From the NCBI GenBank assembly GCA_016930515.1, contig JAFGGO010000085.1, forward strand, positions 244-64,243: a stretch of 64,000 nucleotides of DNA. The letters run 5' to 3'. Positions 34,327 to 44,094 of the stretch are shown one piece after another (position 1 is the first letter of the stretch; each line of letters opens with the position of its first letter). This DNA comes from Promethearchaeota archaeon (GTDB taxonomy: Archaea > Asgardarchaeota > Lokiarchaeia > Sigyniarchaeales > SOKP01). The position numbers and the translations under genes are program-made. A model generated the notes under the pieces. That model worked only from the letters and a program-made list of their open reading frames with translations, was not told the origin of the DNA and ran no database searches.

Positions 34327-34776
34327 GTGTTAAAAGAAGGAGATGTGGCACCACAAAATATCGAACTACAGGATCAAGACGGAAACCTCGTAAAATTAAC
34401 CAATTTCAAGGGCAAGAAGGTAATAATGTATTTTTATCCTAAAGATAATACTCCGGGCTGTACTACCGAAGCTAAAAATTTTCGCGACTCCATCAAGGAC
34501 TACGAGGGAAAGGATATAGTCATTATTGGAGTAAGTGCTGATTCAGTGAAATCACACAAGAATTTCCAAACGAAATACGCACTTCCATTCACTCTACTTT
34601 CCGATCCTGACAAGATTGCTGCGAAAGCGTTTGGAGCGCTAGATGGGGGAACGGTTAAGAGACGAACTTGGTTGATCGATGAACAATGGAAGATTGAAAA
34701 GGCGTTCGAGACGGTCTCGCCCTCGAAACACAACGCAGAATTGTGTACTTATTACGGCATTAAGCCTCCAGCTTGA
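34327..34776 (+). CDS. bcp: Peroxiredoxin Bcp/PrxQ
   Basis: YFYPKDNTPGCTTEA, GVSADS, LLSDPD. Confidence 0.93.
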   Translation: MLKEGDVAPQNIELQDQDGNLVKLTNFKGKKVIMYFYPKDNTPGCTTEAKNFRDSIKDYEGKDIVIIGVSADSVKSHKNFQTKYALPFTLLSDPDKIAAKAFGALDGGTVKRRTWLIDEQWKIEKAFETVSPSKHNAELCTYYGIKPPA

Positions 34777-34798
34777 AATCTTCAATTTTTTGGATTTT

Positions 34799-35100
34799 AT
34801 GTCAATCAACCAATATTGTGATATAACATTAAAAACAATCACACAATTAAATAGAACGGTTTGATTGGATCTATTTCTGAGGAACAATATGAAAAAACTT
34901 TAACTATCGAAAATAAGCGAGGCAAGGTTGAAAATATCACTTGGTGCTTCATGATGCACTTGTTCAACCATCAAACGCATCACATGGGTGGTCTCGCCGT
35001 CATTCTTGATCAGATGGGTGTAAAAAACGATTTTTCCAACCTGCTATGGAAGGAATCTTTTTCACTACTTGAATATTCGTTTACTATTTATTATATTTAA
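34799..35100 (+). pseudogene. Truncated/frameshifted DinB-family gene
   Basis: HLFNHQTHHMGG motif present; N-terminal half missing. Confidence 0.65.
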
Positions 35101-35296
35101 GATGCGATTTATAATTCAATACGAATATCCTGATTTTTATTATATTAATAGAAGAGACCTCTATATACAAACCCTTGAGACGACAATTATCCAAAGCAGC
35201 ATATCTGCATATTTTTTATTCTCAAAAATAAAAAGAACAATAATGGGCATGGTATCGTTTTGGTGGGACTAAAGAACAAAGAAAAATCTAATATGT

Positions 35297-36799
35297 TTAA
35301 AGTATATTTCGTTTTTGGAATTTGTAAACACTTACTTTCTTTCCGATAATAAAAAACATTTCTTTAGAATCGTGCTTCTTTATAACTTGTAAACCCGCCT
35401 TTTTTATTAATGCTTTGAGCTTTCTCATGGGAGGCAATCGGTCTTCTGAAGTTATGGACTCAACATTCTTGTGAACTGAATTGATTTTCTTGCGCGATTG
35501 AGAGTGCGCAACCATGAGGTGTCCATCTGGTTTTAAAGCCTTGACAAGGATATTTAATGTTTTTTCTTGGTCTAAAAAATGTGGAAAGCACGAATAACAC
35601 AATATCGCGTCGAATTCACCTTCGTACAAAATGTCGTTCACGTCTCCAACGACAAATTCTACATTTGAATGTTTTTCTCCGTATTTTTTTTTGGCTATGG
35701 ATATCATGGTTTCTGAAATATCCATTGCCACGATTTTACCGCCATTGGTAATGTGCTTGCCTATAAATGGTAAGGTGATACCCGTTCCCGTCCCCACATC
35801 TAAAATACATGCGCTATGTTGAAGTTTTAATTCCTTAACAATGGAATTTACTTTTCTAGGATCGTGATATACTTGTTCGTCCCATCCCTGAGCGTGTTCG
35901 TTAAAATACATTCTTACTTTATTGAGGCTTCGCTCTACTGGTTCTTTATCCTGTTTTTTTAAAATTCTTTTTTTTCTCTTGGGAGATATAATCACGGATA
36001 TGGCAAATGTTCCCGACGAAAATATGATGATCGAAGAAGATATGGGAAAATCCACCGTTAAGGACAAAAAAATTCCTCCAATGATGGTTAAAACACCAAT
36101 TATTGGAGATACAATGAATAATTTCTTAGTATCGTAGATGTATTGGTGCGCAGTAGAACTGGGATTGACGATCATTGCGTAGACCAAGAAGGCACCGATG
36201 ATGTTAATAGAAAACGAAACGGCTATAGCCGTGGCAAGTAATACCAGAAACTTGAAAAAATTTACAGGTATGCCTGCTGCTTGAGCCACTTTCTCGTTCA
36301 ACATGATACTCATGAATTCCTTGAAAAAAAGAATTAAAATCACGATTACGACGATATTAAGTACAATGAGTACTATCATTTCTTGTTCGTTTAAACCAAA
36401 TAAGCTTCCCCATATGATATTCATGGCACTTCGTCCAGTGACACCTTCGGGCATTTGACTAATGAATATAAATCCTAAAGCGATCATTAAAGAAAACATG
36501 ATTCCAAGAATGATGTTCGAATCTAACTTGGTCTTGTTTGATAACGGTCCGAGTAGAAACGCAATGAGTATTGTAAAAACAGATGCCACGTGTACGGGAT
36601 CTATCGGGCTTCCGTAAGACGCTAGCAATAAGCCTAAGGCTGCTCCGGCAAACGCCGTGTGACTCATGGTAAATCCTACCGATGTTATTTTCATATGCAC
36701 GACGAACGTGCCAATGAGGCTCAAGGCAAATCCCGCCAATACGGCGCTCAAGATTATTTTTATCATGATGCTAGTTGGTAAGATAACAAAATATAGCAT
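35297..36799 (-). CDS. Metal ABC transporter permease (ZnuB/TroC type) fused to a class I SAM methyltransferase
   Basis: MSHTAFAG, IIWGSL, AQAAGI, IIGAFLVYAMIV, followed by ILDVGTGTG, AMDISETMI, YSCFPHF, LKPDG. Confidence 0.88.
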   Translation of the reverse strand: MLYFVILPTSIMIKIILSAVLAGFALSLIGTFVVHMKITSVGFTMSHTAFAGAALGLLLASYGSPIDPVHVASVFTILIAFLLGPLSNKTKLDSNIILGIMFSLMIALGFIFISQMPEGVTGRSAMNIIWGSLFGLNEQEMIVLIVLNIVVIVILILFFKEFMSIMLNEKVAQAAGIPVNFFKFLVLLATAIAVSFSINIIGAFLVYAMIVNPSSTAHQYIYDTKKLFIVSPIIGVLTIIGGIFLSLTVDFPISSSIIIFSSGTFAISVIISPKRKKRILKKQDKEPVERSLNKVRMYFNEHAQGWDEQVYHDPRKVNSIVKELKLQHSACILDVGTGTGITLPFIGKHITNGGKIVAMDISETMISIAKKKYGEKHSNVEFVVGDVNDILYEGEFDAILCYSCFPHFLDQEKTLNILVKALKPDGHLMVAHSQSRKKINSVHKNVESITSEDRLPPMRKLKALIKKAGLQVIKKHDSKEMFFIIGKKVSVYKFQKRNIL

Positions 36800-36878
36800 T
36801 ATTTTTTCTCCTTTTACATTGTTCTACTTTTTATTTTATTGAAATATTTTTTACCATATCATTAATTTTTCGTTTGAA

Positions 36879-37727
36879 TCATTCAACATCAACCATGAAA
36901 TGGCAATAAGCTTTAAATTTCTCCGATTTAATTGCTTCTTCGGTTTTATTGTCCAAGACTATCCTACCTTTTTGAATCATTATTACCCTATCTACTTCTT
37001 TTGGAACTGTCGTTCCATGAGATACGCAAAGTACTGTTACATTAGCAAGTTTGTTCAATCTCGATAGCATTGCGAATATTTCGTGTCGTGATTTCACGTC
37101 TAAATTCGAAAACGGTTCATCTAACAGAAGGATGTTAGGTTCTGCTGCAAGCACGCTTGCAAGCAATACTTTTTGTTGCATGCCTCCCGAAAGCTTTCCT
37201 ATAGGCCGATCCCAATAGTCGGCTATTTCTTCTTTGTTCCTCAAAGCATCGAAGCAATACCGCACGATCTTCCAATCCGCTTTTGATGGAAACCTGAGCA
37301 AACCCATCCGTCCTGAACGAGCCGTCATGAGGGCGTTTTTTACTAAAAAGGGCGTTTGTGGGTCAAACTCCACTCCCTGAATGAGATAGCCAATTTCTCT
37401 TCTTAATTGACGCCCTTTTTTGATTGCAGAGACCCCCTTTACTTCCAGGATTCCTTTTTCTACAGGGAGCAATCCCAGTATGGTTTCTAACAATGTTGTT
37501 TTTCCAGAACCGTTCGGACCCATAATAAATATGAATTCTCCCTCGTTTATTTCTAAATTGATATCGTAAAGTGTTGGGAATTTTTCTCCTTCGTAAACGG
37601 TATTTACCCCTCGCAACCTAATTAATGGTGTCTTTTTGCGATTGATAGGTTTTTTTAGAGGTTTTTTGCTTTCAATTGTAACCTGTAGGGCTTCGAGAAA
37701 ATCTGGATTGTAACTTTTTTCAAACAT
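36879..37727 (-). CDS. Metal ABC transporter ATP-binding protein
   Basis: GPNGSGKTT, LSGGMQQ, LLLDEP, VSH. Confidence 0.93.
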   Translation of the reverse strand: MFEKSYNPDFLEALQVTIESKKPLKKPINRKKTPLIRLRGVNTVYEGEKFPTLYDINLEINEGEFIFIMGPNGSGKTTLLETILGLLPVEKGILEVKGVSAIKKGRQLRREIGYLIQGVEFDPQTPFLVKNALMTARSGRMGLLRFPSKADWKIVRYCFDALRNKEEIADYWDRPIGKLSGGMQQKVLLASVLAAEPNILLLDEPFSNLDVKSRHEIFAMLSRLNKLANVTVLCVSHGTTVPKEVDRVIMIQKGRIVLDNKTEEAIKSEKFKAYCHFMVDVE

Positions 37728-37773
37728 GATATTTATAAAAAAAAAAATTTACATGTAAATAAATAAATATATT

Positions 37774-38781
37774 TTATACTTTTTTTGCTTTTCTACGATA
37801 GAGTACGATTGATATGGCTACTCCAATGAAAATAACGGCAAATAAGGGAAGCGATAACTCCGACCCGATTGATCCACTTGATGGTCTCGGGTCTGGACCG
37901 TCGTTCATTGCCCAATGTAGCAATGCCGCGTTAAAATCCAATTGTTCCAAGTACGAAGTCACGCTGTAAACTCCTGGAAAATTGAGCAAGGCAACGCTTG
38001 GAATGCCAAGCTCTTTAGCGGCTTCAGCACCCTGCTCCGTGCCCGATTGGTAATTCATTATTATGACTTCTGCATTAGTTTGATCGGCCTCGTTTATTAT
38101 ATCACTAAATTGTGATAGCGTCATGCTGTTATCGTCAACGTTCCAAGAACCAGTAATGCTAAATCCTAACCATGTCAAGAAGGCCGTTTGATGGTTCATA
38201 ATGTAAGCCTTGGTACCCGTGAAATTGTAGATGTTCAGGTTGAGTGTTTCCAACTCTATTTTTTTAGCCATAATCTGTTGCTTAAACGATGCGCAGTTTT
38301 CGTTAAAGGTCTGATTTAAAATTGGATAAGTGGTGTTAAGATGGGCACAAATAGCATCAACAAAAAGAAGTGCATTTGCTGGTGCACCCCATTGGGTATA
38401 ACCGAGACCTGCGTCAAAACTCAACGAATAAGCGGCATCTAAATTTTCTGCGGCGCTTAATAATTGGTAAAGGAAGGTAGCGTTCTCAAAACCGTGATAA
38501 AACACGATATCGGCAGTGTTTACCAGATTAATATCGCTTGGACTGTAATCGTAATGTCCAGGACACGATCCGCCTTCGATGATTACAGTGACGGTGCCCT
38601 TATCCCCAATTATTTGTTGGGCAAAATCTCTTAGAATCGTCGTTGTTGCGACTACTCTTACTTCGGGATCTGCGGCGAATCTCAAAGTTGGTTTTTCGTT
38701 GATAATATTATCCTGACTTGCAAATCCAATCATTAAAGCGAAGATCAACATAGTAAAGATTAATTTCAAATTTTTCTTCAT
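37774..38781 (-). CDS. Metal ABC transporter substrate-binding protein (TroA/ZnuA fold) with a C-terminal membrane anchor
   Basis: Signal peptide, VVATTTIL, CPGHYDYSPSD, ADIVFYHG, C-terminal TM plus RRK. Confidence 0.88.
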   Translation of the reverse strand: MKKNLKLIFTMLIFALMIGFASQDNIINEKPTLRFAADPEVRVVATTTILRDFAQQIIGDKGTVTVIIEGGSCPGHYDYSPSDINLVNTADIVFYHGFENATFLYQLLSAAENLDAAYSLSFDAGLGYTQWGAPANALLFVDAICAHLNTTYPILNQTFNENCASFKQQIMAKKIELETLNLNIYNFTGTKAYIMNHQTAFLTWLGFSITGSWNVDDNSMTLSQFSDIINEADQTNAEVIIMNYQSGTEQGAEAAKELGIPSVALLNFPGVYSVTSYLEQLDFNAALLHWAMNDGPDPRPSSGSIGSELSLPLFAVIFIGVAISIVLYRRKAKKV

Positions 38782-38805
38782 TGTTTTACATTAAAATGTT
38801 TATAA

Positions 38806-38866
38806 TAATACTCTTTCGTAATTTAATAATACTTTTAAGTATTACTTTTTCATAATAAAGTATTAC
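38806..38866. promoter_or_regulatory. Tandem NikR-like operator(s) upstream of the metal ABC operon
   Basis: GTATTA-N16-TATTAC at 38839-38866; further half-sites GTAATTT at 38818 and TAATAC at 38806 and 38827, with 21-bp periodicity. Confidence 0.6.
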
Positions 38867-38919
38867 TATATATGAAAACTTTATTCGTTTTAAAGCTAAA
38901 TAGAAAAATGTTTTTGGTT

Positions 38920-39966
38920 TTATCTTGCCTTGATACCCTTGGAAAGTTCTAGCTTTCTCTTTTTTCGCTTGATCATTTCCGTAAAGCTTTCGATTCTCGT
39001 GAGCAATCCCGCCTCTCCCGAGTGTTCGTCCATGATGATGTCAAGGAACGGTAATCCAACTACTTTCATGTCTCTCATGATAAGCTCGGAAATGATGCTG
39101 TCCGGACCGCACGCAAAACTAATGAGAAAAATTACGCCGTCGATCTCGTCCCGACCTTCGATTAGAAAATATCTGATAGCTTGCATGATCTCCTCTTCGT
39201 GTCGCCAATAGTTCCTGAGTTTATTATTCACGATGACTGGGATCTTGAACAGCTTTTCAGGTAGATTTTCGAGCGTGATGACCTCAACTCCTTGGTCTTC
39301 AAGCTTTTTTTGGAAATCGAGGTTGATATATGTATCAAACACATTATAACTATGTCCTAATAATAAAAATCTGATATCGCTCTTTTTTGTTCTTTTTGGA
39401 AGCGTAAAGGGTCTATCTCGTACAACGAGCCGCAGGGCGTGTATGACTGAAGCACCTTTTCTCAAGAATTTGTGGTATTCTTCGAAATAACTTTTTGCCG
39501 CAGCGTACGCCTCCAAGGATGTCGTCTGGCTTTTGCCTAATTGCTTACCAAGTTCGATAACCGAGGTTGATAACGGAAATTCTTTCACGTTCACTTCGAA
39601 ATTTAAAAGTTTTGGACAATCGGGAAGAATTTTTATGATGTCTGGTAGTGACAAGAATTTCGGACAGAAATAAGTATCTTTTACTTCGCTTACATAGCGT
39701 GGAACGAATATATAATCGAGGTCGGGATGCTCTCGAATGAGCTGAAACACGTGTCCGTAGTAAATCTTGATGGGAATGCAAAGCTCTCCGAATCCATGTC
39801 TGACGCCTTCCTCTACGATTTTCTTATTCGTGGGCGTGGTAAGTACGATTTCGACATTGAGTTTCTCCAAAAGCCTTTTCCAAAACGGGAAATAGCGGAA
39901 GTAATGTAGTGCTCTTGGGATGCCCACTTTTGGTTTTGGCAGCTGATTTTTTTCGAACAGTTCCAG
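38920..39966 (-). CDS. Acyl-CoA dehydratase activase-related protein (DUF2229-type)
   Basis: VGIPRAL, LCIPIKIYYGH, CPKFLSLPD, LLGHSYN, SFACGPD, DEHSGEAGLLTRIESF; probable CTG start at 39966 (ORF track GTG 39927). Confidence 0.85.
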   Translation of the reverse strand: MELFEKNQLPKPKVGIPRALHYFRYFPFWKRLLEKLNVEIVLTTPTNKKIVEEGVRHGFGELCIPIKIYYGHVFQLIREHPDLDYIFVPRYVSEVKDTYFCPKFLSLPDIIKILPDCPKLLNFEVNVKEFPLSTSVIELGKQLGKSQTTSLEAYAAAKSYFEEYHKFLRKGASVIHALRLVVRDRPFTLPKRTKKSDIRFLLLGHSYNVFDTYINLDFQKKLEDQGVEVITLENLPEKLFKIPVIVNNKLRNYWRHEEEIMQAIRYFLIEGRDEIDGVIFLISFACGPDSIISELIMRDMKVVGLPFLDIIMDEHSGEAGLLTRIESFTEMIKRKKRKLELSKGIKAR

Positions 39967-40039
39967 TGCGAGTTCTCCTCGTGTGTATTAATATTTTCTT
40001 GGAAATTAAAGTAATATTAAAATGAGTAATAAATAAAGT

Positions 40040-41734
40040 TTAAATTTTGGGGTCGTCATAGACTAAAAGCTCCTTGATTCGTTCCATCAAGGAATCGGTG
40101 AGCCTCTTTAGCTCGTCGTAATCGGGTATGGGCTTGTCAAAATATTCAAAATGTTCTGTAAAAGGAGGTCCCATCTTGAACACGCTCATTTTTCCGAATG
40201 TTAACATTTTAGCGTTTTTTGGGAATGTGTTTTCCGTGCCCGTGATGCCTACCGGAATAATAGGTACCTTTGTCTCGATCGCTAAGCGCATTGCTCCCGT
40301 GTGCCCTTCTAAAACTTCGGGACCTCCAACTGTCGTTCCTTCTGGATAAACCATGACGAGTTCGCCCTCCTTCAATCGTTCTCGAGCGAACCAATAGGAT
40401 CCTTCGTCGTGTTCTCCCCTCATGAGGGGAAACGCTAAGTGGGTTCTGATCCAGGCGTTTACTATGGGCATTTGGAATAAAGATTCTTTAGCCATCTGGT
40501 ATAACCTTCTCCCCTCTTGTTGACAAGCTACTGCGTTAATGATAACATCCCATTCGGAATTGTGGTTCGAGCACAAGACGGCAGCGCCAGTTTTTGGGAG
40601 GTATTTATCGTAATCAATTCTTTCATAGGGCATGAACGAGTCGCACATGACTCTCTGGATGAAATTACCGTTAAATTGCCAGCTAAGAAGCTCGAATTGC
40701 CTCCTTATACCAAACACATCGGCCGTTTTTATCAGAGACATCCAAGTGTCGTCAATTAATTGAAGATAGCTCTTCCAGTAATGTTTAGCAATTTGCATGA
40801 AGCCAGTTTTTGTCTCCTCGGCATCAAGTGGTGAGCCAATAGAAAGACCCTTTTGTTGTTTTTTAGCTTTTTTGGCGTATTCTGAAACAGAATAAGCATA
40901 CTCGTGCTTACCTTCTAGCAAGTCAATAACCTCTTGTCGCAGCTCATCGGATAACTTTCGTATCATGTCGTAGGTAATTTCGTCTGGATCGCATTGGTTA
41001 TAAAAGATGGGTTTGCCAACTCGGACGGTGACTTTCGCTGGTTTTACCCAAATGCTTCCCTTTGGAAGGACTTTTCTCGAACCAATCACTGCTGCGGGTA
41101 CGATAGGCACACCACATTCTATAGCCAACCTTACCGCACCCGTCTTGAATTGACCGATGGTTCCATCCACATTTCGTGTTGCTTCGGGAAAAACTCCGAT
41201 CCATTGACCACTTTCGAGAATTTTTTTTGATTTTTCCCAGGTTTCTTCCAAGTTATCCTTATTATGCTCGTAAGCGCCTAAATTAGTAAATAAGGTCTTT
41301 ACAAGTGGTGTGCGGAAGTTATCTCGCTTGCTCATCCACTGGATTCGGATGTTTTCGGTCGCAGAGCCAACGAAAAAAGGATCGAAGTGACTTTCGTGAT
41401 TAGAGATTAAAATCCCTCCCTTTCCAGCGTTATTTCCGTATTGTGGAAAGATATGACCTTCAACATTTTGTACATCAATTCTCCAAATAAATCTCGTTGC
41501 GGCGTGTATGTATATGTTAGCACCCCACCATTGGAGTTCCTTTTCTTGCTCGTCAAAATTAAGGAGGTTAATAAGATTTCTATAAAGCTTGTTTAAAGGA
41601 TCAATTGGGTTATACTTGAGAACCTGGTTCACGATTTCGTTCGTGGGCTTCTCGAAATGTAGTTCATCGTCGGCACGGGGCTTTTCTTCCTGTTCCCATT
41701 GCAAGAGGCTCTTGCTTTTTTTTGTTTCTTCCAT
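40040..41734 (-). CDS. Lysophospholipid acyltransferase with two tandem PlsC domains
   Basis: SNHESHFD..FPEATR..FKTGAVRLA and SNHNSEWD..YPEGT..HTGAMRLA. Confidence 0.9.
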   Translation of the reverse strand: MEETKKSKSLLQWEQEEKPRADDELHFEKPTNEIVNQVLKYNPIDPLNKLYRNLINLLNFDEQEKELQWWGANIYIHAATRFIWRIDVQNVEGHIFPQYGNNAGKGGILISNHESHFDPFFVGSATENIRIQWMSKRDNFRTPLVKTLFTNLGAYEHNKDNLEETWEKSKKILESGQWIGVFPEATRNVDGTIGQFKTGAVRLAIECGVPIVPAAVIGSRKVLPKGSIWVKPAKVTVRVGKPIFYNQCDPDEITYDMIRKLSDELRQEVIDLLEGKHEYAYSVSEYAKKAKKQQKGLSIGSPLDAEETKTGFMQIAKHYWKSYLQLIDDTWMSLIKTADVFGIRRQFELLSWQFNGNFIQRVMCDSFMPYERIDYDKYLPKTGAAVLCSNHNSEWDVIINAVACQQEGRRLYQMAKESLFQMPIVNAWIRTHLAFPLMRGEHDEGSYWFARERLKEGELVMVYPEGTTVGGPEVLEGHTGAMRLAIETKVPIIPVGITGTENTFPKNAKMLTFGKMSVFKMGPPFTEHFEYFDKPIPDYDELKRLTDSLMERIKELLVYDDPKI

Positions 41735-41964
41735 TTTTTCTCCCTTCTCGAGTTTATTAAAAATATGGAAAAATATTAATAAAAACTAGTTTAATTGTAT
41801 AAACATTTGTTTGATAGAAGTAGTAGTACGCTAATGAATTTAAATTTTTACACCATAGTTCTATAGTGGATTAAAGAAGGAAGAAAAGCAGGATTATTAA
41901 AGAATTTAACAAAAAAATCCATAAGTATAGCATCGCTCTTATCTATAGGATCTATAACTGATGT

Positions 41965-43143
41965 CTACAATTTTATTGCGTAAAGCGGAAGTAAGGAAAA
42001 AAGTTCAAGCACGCCCGCCAAGAGCACGATAAACTCTCCTGAAATAGAATTAAATAAAAAAAGTCCTAAGGGTGCTAGAACGATCTTGGATAAAATAGTC
42101 GCCGAAGCCATTACTTGGAACAAAAGAACTTTACCTTCGGAAAGTTCCATCATCATTGCAAGCAAGGCTATCAAAAAAAATCCAGAGGTAAGTTGAATAA
42201 TAGAAATGAGAACGAAAAACAAAATAATCCCTGTAAGTGGGGCAATTGTTGTTAATGCACCGCTTAATAAAACGGTAAAAAGTAATAATTTTTTTTTATC
42301 GAATCTTTTAGCATACTTGCCAGCAAAAACGAGACTGATCGCATCGAGAATGATGAATATTATCATGATAGTTGGAAATAAACCCTTAGGTTCAGTGGAT
42401 ATGCTTGCAAGCTTTTCAATCGCCCAAGGTTCTAAGACCCACTCGTAAATATTAATTCCGTAAACCAAAAAGAGGAAGAAGCACATTTTTGCAATGATTC
42501 CATGATTGGGTTTTACTTGCTCTCGAGTGATAGATTCTGGGGTAATATTTTGCGTGATACCCGTATCTTTCAAAATAAAAAAGACAGGAACGATGCAAAC
42601 TAGTGAAAGGGTTCCAACAACGAATAAAGTATTCCATGAGGTTAAATTTGTAGGTCTTACAATGAAGAAATAGATGTTTGAAACGATGGCTCCGATCATT
42701 CCTCCTAATTGCATGAAGAACGCATTTTTTTTTCTAATATTATCGGTATTTGATCTTTGTATGATAATTTTATCAATGATTACATCCATAAAAGCAATAA
42801 ATAAAAAATTTAATCCGAGAAAAACGCTAAATACGATCAGGAAACTCAAGTTGAAAATAAATAATGCAAATGTTATTACGGTTCCAACACCAGCAATGAT
42901 AAGAACTTTTTTCTGAGTTGAAAAATGCGTTTCTTTTCCTTCCTTGTTAAGGTAAATGGAAAAAAGCGGTTTAGCAAGCATGAAAGAATAAGAGGTGTAT
43001 AAGACCAGTCCAAGGTCGAGACCACTAATGGAAAAGATCTCGTTGAAGTAAATGGGTAAAAAAGCGTTTATGTAAATGTAAATCATTTGAGCTAAAAAAT
43101 ATGCTGCAAAAAACACTAATTGATTTTGATTATGTATTCTCAT
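41965..43143 (-). CDS. MFS-type transporter
   Basis: About 12 TM in two halves; AGKYAKRFDKKK loop motif. Confidence 0.75.
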   Translation of the reverse strand: MRIHNQNQLVFFAAYFLAQMIYIYINAFLPIYFNEIFSISGLDLGLVLYTSYSFMLAKPLFSIYLNKEGKETHFSTQKKVLIIAGVGTVITFALFIFNLSFLIVFSVFLGLNFLFIAFMDVIIDKIIIQRSNTDNIRKKNAFFMQLGGMIGAIVSNIYFFIVRPTNLTSWNTLFVVGTLSLVCIVPVFFILKDTGITQNITPESITREQVKPNHGIIAKMCFFLFLVYGINIYEWVLEPWAIEKLASISTEPKGLFPTIMIIFIILDAISLVFAGKYAKRFDKKKLLLFTVLLSGALTTIAPLTGIILFFVLISIIQLTSGFFLIALLAMMMELSEGKVLLFQVMASATILSKIVLAPLGLFLFNSISGEFIVLLAGVLELFSLLPLYAIKL

Positions 43144-43259
43144 CCTAAATCTCGTATTATTTTTAGTATTGCATTAACGACTTAATTATTATTGATTTTG
43201 TTTTATATAAATAAAAAAGTTTATCCGTAAATGAAGAAGAACAATAAAAGCATTTTTTT

Positions 43260-43739
43260 TTAGAAATTCAGTGGGGATAAGAATATGGATAAAGCAATAA
43301 AAGCCATTGTCGTTCCCAAAATAACGCAGAAAAAATTTGCCATCAGATCGTCGTAGGGAATTCTGGCTATTCGCACTCGTTTATTTGGGAAGACGGGTAC
43401 TCCCGAGCAATTTAACGCGTCCAAGAAAATGTGCCCTAAAAAGATAAGATAAACAGAAATGAAAACAAAAAAACCTAAAGAAGGAGTTACTATCGAAAAT
43501 GGTGATCCGATCATTATAGCAATAAATAATAGAAGGGGTGAAAATGGCGAATGGGTCAGAAACCTTCGTTCGTGCTTGAAATATATTTCATGATCGAGCC
43601 AATCGTTAGCTTTTCCGGCAAAGTATAACACTGCTAAAATTAACAATAAAAAAAACCCTAGCGGGTGGAATATGTTATATGTGACGGTTAAAAGGGATCC
43701 GAAACCTAACGAGAATGCAATATGGGCGTATTGCTTCAT
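43260..43739 (-). CDS. Membrane metal-dependent hydrolase (YdjM/DUF457 family)
   Basis: AH, NDWLDH, HERRFLTHS, GHIFLDAL..SGVP motifs. Confidence 0.85.
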   Translation of the reverse strand: MKQYAHIAFSLGFGSLLTVTYNIFHPLGFFLLLILAVLYFAGKANDWLDHEIYFKHERRFLTHSPFSPLLLFIAIMIGSPFSIVTPSLGFFVFISVYLIFLGHIFLDALNCSGVPVFPNKRVRIARIPYDDLMANFFCVILGTTMAFIALSIFLSPLNF

Positions 43740-43742
43740 GAT

Positions 43743-44081
43743 TCAAATGGCTCCTAACCTTTCCTCGATTCTTTTTAATCGAACACTCGCCTGTTTTAGA
43801 AGATCGTCTTTTTCCCTTAATTCGCTCATTAGCTGTTCCATTTTCTCACTTTTTTCAGTTGCATTTTTTGGGTTATATTTTACAACCTCGTTCAAATAGA
43901 ACGGAAAAAGGTCGCATAATTCTTTATATAAGCTTGCAAGGACTTCGATCGCTTGTTTTTTGGCTCTCCTAACTTCGATGTTTCCAGAATTGAGCTGATT
44001 TAAAGCATTCATCAATTTCGCAATGTATTCCTCCTTAAAGACCGTTTTTTCTAGAATTTCTTTAAATAATTCGTCGTTCAA
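43743..44081 (-). CDS. Small coiled-coil protein
   Basis: SD GGAGG, heptad-rich sequence, operonic spacing. Confidence 0.75.
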   Translation of the reverse strand: MNDELFKEILEKTVFKEEYIAKLMNALNQLNSGNIEVRRAKKQAIEVLASLYKELCDLFPFYLNEVVKYNPKNATEKSEKMEQLMSELREKDDLLKQASVRLKRIEERLGAI

Positions 44082-44094
44082 ATCATATTCCTCC

